DNA from: Eledone cirrhosa
Lineage: Eukaryota
DNA: 64,000 bases
Direction of reading: 5' to 3'
Assembly: GCA_964016885.1 (NCBI GenBank)
Contig: OZ024758.1
Location: 9,796,001-9,860,000 of the forward strand
Made by a program: the position numbers and the translations under genes. Shown here piece by piece: positions 54,091-64,000 of this stretch (positions are counted from its first letter, which is position 1; every line of letters starts with the position of its first letter). Below the pieces are notes generated by a model. The model ran no database searches. It was not told the DNA's origin and saw only the letters and a program-made list of their open reading frames with translations.

Positions 54091-55750
54091 TATACGTATC
54101 ATCTCCAAAAGTAACAAGTAAGAAATGTTAAGGGATAGATAATGGACTTTCAGACAGCATTGAGTTAACCTTTGCTAATACTGCTACTTCTAATGAAGTT
54201 GTGCATATACAATGATGGTGCTAAGTTAATGTTGCCCTGGGCATTTTCTCTAGGTAAGGCAGTTCTCATTGTCTTTTTTTTTTGGGGGGGGGGGGGGTCT
54301 AATTTATTCCAGAGAATAAACACACTGACTAACAATAAAAATTAATTTTAAATCCATTAAGGAAATTTCTCATTGATTTATAATATAGAATATTGTGCTG
54401 CTGAGACTAAGTAGCAGGTCGTGGATGAATATAATCTTAATAATGGATGTAATTTTATTTCAACAACTTTAATATAAAGCCGATTCAGATCCACACATTT
54501 AGGAACCATTTAAATATCAGATTAAGAGGAAGCAATACTATCTTTTGAGCTATCAGAATTCTTCTAAATTATTGTCAGTATTACATTCATTTGCATTCAT
54601 ATTACACCAACATTACACTTAGTAAGCTTAAATTTCAGAAAGTCGCTTTCAACTGCTACTGGAAAAGAAAGTGTGTAATGGTATTTGTAAGTAGCATTGA
54701 GTAGAAAATTGTTAACCCAACTCTTGACTGATTCTTCTAAGAAGAAGAACATTTAAAATATACTTCACTATATTATTGAAATATTTCTTTGTTGATGATA
54801 CTGCATAATGCTGCAAGATTTCATTTGTGGAAAATGTTTATACTTAATAGTGCTTTGCACTTCAATTTCATCTAACTATTCAAGCACGCATTTCAAGAAT
54901 GCAAGTTTAGCCAGCTCATGGCTAGAATGGTGGTAGGAAATGAATGTGTAAAAGATATTCTATATCATATAACAGGTGCAGTGGTAGAGCTGTACATTTT
55001 ATAGGTGTTTAGCTCTAGCTCAGCATTGATTTAGCAAACGTATGATCAAATGCATTCCATTCAAACCATCCCATTTTATCTTTAGGCACAGTAAATCTAG
55101 GATCTGATTATTCAATATTCTTTTGTAAAGGTGATAAGGTGTGATTTCAGAATTTGCTCTTTCTAGCAAGTTAAGTTATTTTTAAATTATATCTTACAGA
55201 GCAGATATATAGTCAACGAACAGCGTCTTAATCATAACCATCCTGTCTTTTGGACAATCTGTAACTACAATACATTGTCCTATATGCCCATTTTAAGACA
55301 TTACAGGGAGATTCAACTACTATTTCTAAGAGGTTATACTCCTTTTGTAATAAAAGTTTGCTTCACAACCACTTCTAGGTTCAATACCATTGTACAAAAC
55401 TTTGGTAAGTGTCTAGCATATCATCTTGTTGACTAATATAGTGTATATGTGTTGTATAAGCCAGTACATCTGAAAACCACAATGACACTCGAGAAAAAAT
55501 ACTGCAAGTAAAACAAAAATGTTAAAGTGCTGCCCAAATTCGAAACTGCAGACCAATGGCTAAAAGGAATAAATAAACAGCTATAAAGATTTTCAGAATA
55601 AATATAAGCTAATACATATTTGTAAATCATAGGAAATATGTGTACTTCAGGAATGGAACTGCCTATTTTGGTGAAGGAATGACAGCATGAACCACTTTCA
55701 TATTTTTTAAAGCAATAAACATGTTAGAAAATAATGAACCTGCAGGACTA

Positions 55751-56035
55751 TGGCGGCGCATTGGCAGAGTTATTAGAACGTCAGACAGCTTTGCGGTATT
55801 CGTTTCGGTTCTTTGCGATCCGAGTTCAACTTTGCCTTTTATCCATTTGAGGACGTTAAAAAAAGTACCGGAGTTGATTTCTCCTCTATATCTCTCACTC
55901 TTTATATCCTTCTCTGGGAAAAATCTGCTGTGTTCAGACATGGAAAGGGAATGAGCTCCGCCAGGTTTTAAAATGCTACAAGAAACGCTGAATGTTAATA
56001 TGGCACCCCTACGACCCCCTCAGGAGTTATGGGTC
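55751..56035 (+). mobile_element. S1-with-tail SINE, CpG-intact copy
   Basis: ggcggcgcattggcagag...gagttcaactttgcc...aaagtaccgg plus tail. Confidence 0.8.
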
Positions 56036-56049
56036 CACACAATGAACAC

Positions 56050-56210
56050 ACATGGCTGCCTAGTTAAAAGTTTGTTTTGCAGCCTCGTGGCTCCAGATTC
56101 AATCTCCCTGCGAAATATTAAAGCAATGTCTTCGACCGTAGCCTCAGGTAAATAAGTTAATATCTGGCGAGCAACAGACTAGCAGAAAACTGTAGAAGCC
56201 TGTCTGGTAG
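56050..56210 (+). mobile_element. SINE (S2)
   Basis: catggctgcctagttaaaagtttg...attcaatc...gcaatgtcttcgaccgtagcctcagg...aaactgtagaagcctgtc. Confidence 0.55.
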
Positions 56211-56759
56211 ATAGATAGTGGGCAAATGGAATATGCGTTGAACCAAATTGATTCGTGATATTTGGTCCCCGCTACGGTTATGTCCTTTATCAAATAATTA
56301 CTACACATAGGGTAGTGCGTGTTAAGAGTATGTGGGGGGTGAAGATATAACACAAACACTTCGGACTAGAAAATCTTAAACAACGTTGGTTTAGGACTAC
56401 ACAAATATGTAGATAAATATAAAATGAAATGCTTTGGATAGATTAAAATATACAGTCTCCTCTTTACAAAAATATTGAGGTGCTTAGTTGTAGGGTATTT
56501 ATTTTAATTGCGATGTGTTCGATTGTCAATATCACCATGTAAATAACTAAACTTTATCATTTACTGAAAAAAAAAAAAAAAAAAAAATACTATGAATGAA
56601 TTAATGACGCTATAGTAATACGTGCGGGGGTGGACGGAGATGGTAGTCATAGTAGCAGACTTGTTGAAAGTATATAATTAGCTAGCAGAGAAGGTAAATC
56701 TGTGTTAGAGTTTTAACGGCAATATAACAACTATTACAGTTACTCTTGCTCCAGCCAAC

Positions 56760-56955
56760 GAGGATGGTTATACGTGGTCGTTCGACCTGGTAGAAATAGT
56801 AACCAACGTTTCTCCCTCAAATCACACCTTAGCATCTTTTTTAAAAAAAATTAAAATAAATTAAGACGAACACATTAAACAATCTAGTCCTAAACATATA
56901 GAAAGGCGGCATCGCCTTCGATCCTAGCTAGCACAGAGCCGATATGAAACTAAAT
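56760..56955 (-). repeat. Dispersed repeat family C, CpG-intact
   Basis: tacgtggtcgttcgacctggtagaaatag...ctccctcaaatcacacc. Confidence 0.6.
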
Positions 56956-59789
56956 TGTTACTATAACAATATCAAGATGTTTCACGCGTTAATTCCACTG
57001 CCAGGGCGTTCAAACTAAGGTTTCCATTTACTATCGTAGCCGTTTCTAAAAAGGCAATTTAATTTTGAAAAACTAGCTCGTTTTACATTTAAATCCTATA
57101 AGTTAAAATACAAAACAATGGTTAAACTTTATTTTGCCTCTTCATTTTTCTTACATTCCTTCGCTACCTACCTGGTCGATCGACCTGCAAAGAAGTCCCG
57201 CCTGGTAACTTAAAGGAAATATTTGATGCAGTTGTAGACACTCCGAAAATGACGGAATGGTCATGAACAGAAATACCTTTGATTACTAGTGTGCTTCAAC
57301 CAAAGGTAGCCTGGGGCTAAACCCCCCCCCCCAACTTCAATATATATATATAAATTAATAAAAACAATGAATAAAAACAAAGAAACAGTTCCTTATATTA
57401 AAAAATTCATCATTTTACGATCGTTTCTAGGATATATATGTGTGTGTTGGTACGTATATCATATAGATCTATGTAAACATTTTACAAACTATCAGAGGGA
57501 ATATACATACCTACACATATATATGCTGTCTTCAGAAATAAATATATATATATTATACGTATATAAAAGAGTCGGGACCCGACGGCTGAGCTCTTGCCGT
57601 TTTAACAGCAAGTTATATAATCTGTTGTAAATATAGCAATAGAAGGAGACAATAATGGGAAGCTGAACCAAGAAGCAATGCATTTCATTCATTAACAATC
57701 AGTTAAACTGCTGTAATACCTACCGGCAGTTGTATTTCGTTACGGGGGGTTCCTAACAAGCTTTTCTCAAACATTCTCAGTTTTAACATAATTTAGAGCG
57801 AGCTTAGGTTCGGTTCCCATTTCCCGAATTAAACTCCAGCTCTGAACTGCTTTGAGAAATAAAAAACTATAAACAGATTCGGGGACTTATAAACATTTTA
57901 CATGTTCGAACGTAACATATTCAATCAGTTATTTGAAATAATACCCACAATAACTTTTTCATTTCGTTTTCTTAGGTTTATTTTCTTTCGCTTGGTACAA
58001 GTGTAATAAACTATAAATTATATCTAGACCCAAACATACATAAACAAGCCAAATAACGAACTAGTTTACTTTGAAAGTTATCAGCAAACTGACTTTCAAC
58101 AAGTGCTTTTTCGCAGAGAGAGAGACACACACAAAGCAAGCGGCATAGTACAACGATGAAATATATTTAACGCTAAACAATCATACCTTACTACTGAAAA
58201 CATTAGGCCATTTTACGATGAGAAAATATAAAATTTGTCAAACAATTTCGGCTAGTGACCGTTACTTTTGTAAGGTTGGTGTATTATTTGATATTAAGAA
58301 ATTACATTTGTCACCATTGTTTACAGCTGTCGGCCAAACTTGGAGAGACTATTTTGCTTATAGTTTCTTTCGCACTTAAATTACTAAGGAGATAAACTTA
58401 AGATAGTAGGTATCACCTTCATAATTTCTTTAAACAGCCGTCTAAAATACAGCAATTAATTTTGAAATAAAATAAAATATAAAGACCGTGGGAGGGAGTG
58501 TAACATTTTATTACGGCTATAATTTACAAACGTTAGATAATTAAATTGTACCTCCCATTAAAATATTTTATAAATATTCGAGTGATATTTAAAAGAAAAA
58601 GAAAAAAGGGGATAAATATCTGCCTTTTAGAACAGTTTTTGGTAAAGAAAAAAAAAAGTATGATAGTTTCATGTTTTAAAAGATAATTGTAAGTAATTCC
58701 GTGAATAGAGATATTTGACAATGTTACTTTCCATAAAATAAAATACTGTAAATATATATCTGACAACTCAACTATAGTAAAACAATATTTTCCAGGCATT
58801 TCCTGCTTTGTATTAACGCTGCTATTTCTTGTAGGTCGACTAGGTAAAGGTTCCCGTCGTTGGCTCACCTGCTTGAAAGTTATATGGAGTGGAATGGTAA
58901 ACAAATGTACAAGGCCACGCCAGTGGAAGGGGGGAAATGAGAGGAAAGTTGTTAGCGCTGCTAGAAGGTGGGAATCACCATCATTGTTGATAATTACAAC
59001 TGCGATTAAAACAGGATCCAGTATAGACAGATGCAACAAATACTACACATTTTACTACGGCATAGTATCTTATAGTATAGTAGCTAGTGCGATACAGACA
59101 AAAGGCCGGGTAAGTCAACGCGTACAATACAATAAAATATGAATATACAACATCTCTGTTGCGACAATTGGCGAAAATGGTTTGATAAATAGTTTCTTTT
59201 TATTGCAACGACATATTCGTGTCCGAATATATTTTGTGCGACCAAAAGTAAGTGTGCTACAACCTTATAGTTTACAGTGAAAATATTTGGTTTAACGAAG
59301 GCGCCAATGAAACAACGCGTAAAGAATAACAACGAACATTTCTAGTTTTTATAATTTACTCAGTGAAGCACTTGCTATACAGGCCAGCTAGTATTTTTCG
59401 TTTACAATATAAGCTTTCCGATTTTAAAATCTTTTCCTGTAAGGCCGAATAAAATGCTTCATTATTTTTACTTTTGTTTTTTTTTGTTTTTTTTCGGCGG
59501 GGGGGGGGGGGGGGTAACTTAAAAGGAAAAGAAACAAATTAATAAATTTTTTTTTCGGTATGAAAGTCTTAATTTTCTTTGTTGTTTATTGACATTTCGT
59601 ATTTTTATCAGGTTGTAGTCTAAACGTAAACGGCCAGTTGGTTTCGATTAGTGAAAAGAAAAAGAAAAAAAAAAAAAAAAAAAAAAGGTTCGAATAAATA
59701 AATAAATAGATAAAAGATAAAAAAAAAAATTGGAAAGAAGGTATGAAGTGGCGTTAATGTTGTCGAAATTTCAAAACAGTTTTACTTAC

Positions 59790-59833
59790 CGCGTGAACGT
59801 CCCGTATACAACCCTTTTCCGTTCGTTAGCCAT
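59790..59833 (-). CDS. First coding exon (44 coding nt): MANERKRVVYGTFT(R)
   Basis: ATG at 59833, donor GCG|gtaagtaaa, phase 2 compatible with exon 8570-8676, located in the CpG-retaining zone. Confidence 0.78.
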
Positions 59834-60430
59834 AGGAATCAGTTGTTGCTGCTGCGAGCAGGAATAAACATACAAATGGAGACAGATAGAGAATGCCAAT
59901 AACAAGAAGGGAATAAATAAGAAATAAATAACGATAATATATAAATAACCAAATTCTAGGGGGTGGACGGGGGTGTGGAGGGAAGGAGAGAGAAAGAAAA
60001 CGGTAGCAGGAGCCGTGACGATGATGGTGGTAGTGGTGTGAAAGCTAGAGCGAGTGAGACGGGAGAATTAGCGAAAACATGGAGAGAGAGAGAGAGAGAG
60101 ATTGTGAGAAACAGAGGGGGGGAGGGAGAACATTGGTAAATAGACCGAGAACGGGAGTCAGAAAGAAAGACAGCTTGCTAAATATATAATGGAGAGAGGG
60201 AAGAGGACGGAGGGTGAATATTAGAGCGAGTAAGAAGTCTAGAAAGTGAAATGGGGGAAAGCTAGAGTGAAACGGTGGATGAAGAGAAATATATTCACGG
60301 TGATGGTGAAAGTATAGTTACATTTAATTCAGGGAGGAGGTAGAAATTATATACATGCAATCTACAACTGCTCCGCCTCTTGCTTAATTTATTCCGTCAA
60401 AGAGCGCTCGTATTCTCTCTTCTGTGATGC
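59834..60430 (-). promoter_or_regulatory. Putative 5'UTR/promoter region (CT-rich on the sense strand, CpG-retaining)
   Basis: Long purine-rich plus-strand tract with (GA)n directly upstream of the ATG exon; TSS not determinable. Confidence 0.45.
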
Positions 60431-62285
60431 CATTAAAACAATGGTTCATCTAACCCCACATTTAAAGATATTCTCGGTACAATACTAGAAGCTTAGAAGT
60501 ATTAGAAAGCTAGTTAAGAGCGAAAACAATATAAAGTAAAGAGTTACGTTTGTGTGTGTTTACGTTTAGTTACAGTGCCTTGGCTCATTAAAGTTTGAAG
60601 AACTGTTTTGTTTTTTTTTCTCGAAACGTGATGACTAGCCATTATGTACTCAAATTGTTTACTTTCTTCAACCAACATCACGCCGAAAAAGAATTTATAA
60701 CAAACACAACACATTACTGGATTAATTAGGACACATTATAAGGTATATATGTATATTTTCAAGGATATTTTTACGAGTTTTAGTGAAGAGAAGTTAGAGT
60801 TCGAAGCCAGTCTTTGACATCTGTCTATATTTAATTTATTTTCAAACTTAAAAACAAAATACCAAAGTACTAAAGTCTGAAAAGCAATATACATTTCATA
60901 TATCTTTATTTGATATAGATTTTAACTAATTTATATTGTCATACTGATTGTCAGGTCGTATTAATTTCAGTTGAAACCGACTGTTTCTCACACGTCAGAC
61001 ACCTTTAGAATAACAAAAACATAGCAACTCTATTTATTTATATCTTTAAATATTCTGAGTATTAAACTAACATTTAATTTAATCATACACAGTCAGACAT
61101 ATATTAAACATATATTTACACATATTCATACGGCCGCATTCAGGAAAGTCGTAGCAAGCAAACTATTGTGTGTAAACAGGCAGGAAATAGTAGAGGATAT
61201 AGTTTTAATATATATATTTTATGAACATTTTAAATATATAGTTAATATTTAATCAAGAATATTAGCTTCCCACTGCATAATCATGTAGTAATATTGTCAT
61301 TATTGCTAGTAGTATAATTATTATTAGTAGTAGTTGTGTGTTGTTTGTTTAAATCTTTTTCGAACGGGATGGGAACTAATTTAGCAAAGAACTGCTTTAC
61401 ATACCATCCTAGTGTTTCCTAGTTTCCTTGGAATTCGAGCATCTTAACAAACAATATATCACCTTTTTGCGTAGCAGAAATAGAAGAAATAAAGTAGTGA
61501 CTTATAATAAAAGGTGTATATAGAAAAGAATTAACTGAACAGTCGCGCATTTCATTTCCCAGTTAACATTTTTTTTTTACACATTATTGTCGACGATCTT
61601 GCCCAACATTAGGGAGCGCGTATAACATATATGTAGTCGCCCATCTCTTGTGTTATGGTCTGTATTTGTGAGTGTGTGTTGTTTTTTTTAATGTTAATTT
61701 CAAATATAAACACACATGCTACCATTCGTTCCAGATAAGATTTTGGGGAATCCTTTACGTAAATGATAGTACACAATAAGACAGGGTTGCTGCTGATTAC
61801 GACAAGCACTGAGCGACATCTACCGGGCAAAAGGAGAGTAGAAAAGTGTCTAAATATATACAAGGCCTATAAGATGGGTGTGTAGTCGATACATCGGCCT
61901 AGAGAGACAAGTTGAGGTCCGTAAATATATTTTGACCCCCAACCCCTTTAAAAAAATCCCATCACTTTGAAGATTGAGAGGATTTCCCCACTCTAGACCC
62001 CTGAAAATAATATTGATCCCCCTTGGAGGGCTTGCATGTATATAAGAAGCCAGTGTTCGGCGAAACTTTCAAGTACAACACTTACTGATGGTAATAAAAC
62101 AAATATATATATTATTTTTACTCTACAACCGGTATTGAGTCGTTCATCAGTGAGTGATACTGTACTCAAGTACACATGTCCTGATGACAGACGATTTTAT
62201 GTGTATTCGAAGCTGAGATTTACTCAGTCATTATTCGTCTCGCATTCTTGAATAAATAAACCCCACTAAATGTACAAATACGTTT

Positions 62286-62355
62286 CTCTCTCTCTCTCTC
62301 TGGTTTATACATCCGAACGTACGTATGTATGTATATATATATATACATCCGAACG

Positions 62356-62412
<57 letters not shown>
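62286..62412. repeat. (CT)n/(TA)n microsatellite with duplicated tacatccgaacgta
   Basis: Direct reading; explains the YIYIYI ORFs. Confidence 0.95.
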
Positions 62413-62414
<2 letters not shown>

Positions 62415-62739
62415 TTTGGGAGGGTTATGCTGCCAATAAAAACACACACACGCATCTGTTGGGTTTCACTTCAATTTATTATAATTTCTTTGGTGCGTGT
62501 GTGTTTGTTTTATTGGCTGTATGACCCTACCAAAGTATAACAATATCTGTTTCAACATACGTTTTCAGATTTTAAAAAAAGATGCAAAATGATATATATA
62601 TATACATACATACATATACACCACATGCATAATTCGACTAATTCAGTAACCTGTTGCTCCGGAGTTTCCCCGGCGTGTAGTCGGTTTCTCAAACAGCGAA
62701 AAAATAGATTTAAATCCACCTGAAATAAACGAGTGACTC

Positions 62740-62934
62740 TTTCGATACCAAACCTACCTTGATTATATTTTATGATGCTTATTTTACGTAAGAATCTTTG
62801 TTTAATTATGCTCCAAATGCCAACTTAATAATGCGAAAGTTAGTTATATTATTGGTAAATGTCTCAAAATTCTTGATTATTTTCAAAATTATTTGAAAAC
62901 GATAGGCAATTAGAAATTGTTAATGAAAGGGTTT
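62740..62934 (+). mobile_element. piggyBac-like MITE family B (degraded)
   Basis: ttttcaaaattatttgaaaacgataggca...taatgaaagggtt matches 3130-3197. Confidence 0.55.
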
Positions 62935-63479
62935 TTATATTATCGAATTCCTTTTCTTCCGTTCGTTAATACCAACGGGTGTGTGTGTGTGATTTAATAG
63001 TAACTTGTCTGAGGTGTAAATAAAGGCATTAAGAAGGAAAGAAAATAGAAATAAAGACAAGAGAAAGGGAAGAAGTTACGGAAAGCCCGACTGACTACTA
63101 TTTTACTTCAACTTATGTTTTATTGTGATAGACCCACGGTCTTTTTAATGTAAGAAACCATACAATTGATTAATTAAATTGATCGTTATATAGTAATTGT
63201 TATCGGGACTGGTGGTGAAGCCACTTCAACTTTAGCGGGATTGAATACTAAAGTGTGGAGCAAAGCATCTAGTTTGGAACCTTACAAGTGTCAATAGAGT
63301 TTTTTTACATTGACAATATTTTAATTAGAGGGGAAAGGGGAGTATAGAGAAGTTATATCTTTCGCCAGTGCATTATAGTGATAGGGGTGAGCCACTGCGT
63401 GGTCACACACCAAGGCTAGAAATATAAGCCAAATTTCCCTCATCTTCCACCATACTATCTTTAGAAAACATCGAAAATA

Positions 63480-63745
63480 CAGATTTCTAATATAAGCACA
63501 AAGCCACGAATTTAGGGGAACAGTTATAGCTTAGCACATTGATAAACAATACTTGACTGGTCGTTTATTTTATCAACACCGAACAATGGTTTCTAATTTA
63601 GGCACAAGCCCAGCAGCTTCAAGAGACAGTCAATTAAATTGAGTCGTCTCTCTGGGGAAATTTAGTTTCAAGTACGCTAAAAAGCTATATAGCTAAATAC
63701 TGCTAGCCATTTTCGTCCGGAGCTCTACCAGTCCGCTGTCCTTAA
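63480..63745 (-). mobile_element. SINE S1 pieces
   Basis: tttctaatttaggcacaagcccagc, gactggtcgtttattttatc. Confidence 0.5.
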
Positions 63746-63764
63746 CCAGCACAGTGCATTGAAA

Positions 63765-63997
63765 TGAGCTCATAGATTCGGTTCACTGGAGATATTGAGT
63801 TCTAATTGCGGGAGGATATAGATCAATTGCATTTTGGGAGAGGTGGGCCGGATATAAGGTTCTTGTCAGTGTTAGCTGCTCACCTTTCCGACGTATCAAG
63901 TGATGCTCGCGAAGGTACTTGGTTATTCCTGCATCTTAGCTTCCCTATAACCTGCAGCAATGCTGCGAGTGTATTGGCTTGTCTCAAAAATTATTAG
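63765..63997 (+). mobile_element. Second CRE/NeSL-type endonuclease C-terminal remnant
   Basis: GPDIRFLSVLAAHLSDVSSDAREGTWLFLHLSFPITCSNAASVLAC resembles the G....FL..L...I...SGD.RE..WLFQRLS.AI.RGNAASI motif. Confidence 0.65.
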
Positions 63998-64000
63998 AGG

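Larger units (their letters stand above)
8677..59789 (-). other. 51,113-bp GT-AG intron between the two coding exons
   Basis: Canonical gtaagt donor and polypyrimidine-cag acceptor; phase-2 join CG|G = Arg; no other convincing coding exon found inside. Confidence 0.7.

Noticed and set aside
51725-54260. YAG|GTAAG recursive-splice-like motifs (also ~29530)
   Set aside because: On the strand opposite the gene; a few are expected by chance at this base composition
56631-56640. miR-184-like 5' sequence tggacggaga
   Set aside because: Only the first 10 nt match and there is no hairpin
58533-59039. 168-aa minus ORF as a coding exon
   Set aside because: Non-ATG start, no recognisable domain, intron-like 3' half, and its donor phase does not fit exon 2
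62220-62540. Overlapping YIYI ORFs (and ERER / poly-K / poly-F ORFs elsewhere)
   Set aside because: Translations of microsatellites and homopolymers

Overview
AT-rich animal genomic DNA. The repeat content (tRNA-head SINEs with 'ttgcctttcatcc...gataaaataaagtaccag' bodies, RTE-type 3' ends, (TA)n/(GA)n/(CAT)n microsatellites) looks like an octopod cephalopod, but this is my recollection, not a search result. Most of the window is one ~51.1-kb intron (8677-59789) of a minus-strand gene. Two phase-compatible coding exons (59790-59833 and 8570-8676) splice to MANERKRVVYGTFTR-KLWSTYQKYMKGDCIPFHSIRDAFNELNLYPTLTQ, an EF-hand-like N-terminus, tentatively raw/OLRN-1 family; the gene continues beyond position 1. 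CpG is depleted up to ~55.7 kb and retained from there to the end, around the putative promoter. The intron contains SINEs, TTAA-targeting piggyBac-like MITEs, TA-targeting mariner/pogo-like MITEs, RTE-like LINE remnants, a CRE/NeSL-like endonuclease remnant (a second lies upstream near 63.8 kb) and two long foldback hairpins. Almost all ORFs in the supplied track are spurious. I found no prokaryotic-type system or CRISPR array. The best new leads are a frame-preserving 15-nt (or 6-nt) candidate microexon, a pre-miRNA-like hairpin, a ~290-bp foldback and the CpG boundary. Repeat boundaries were read by eye and are approximate.
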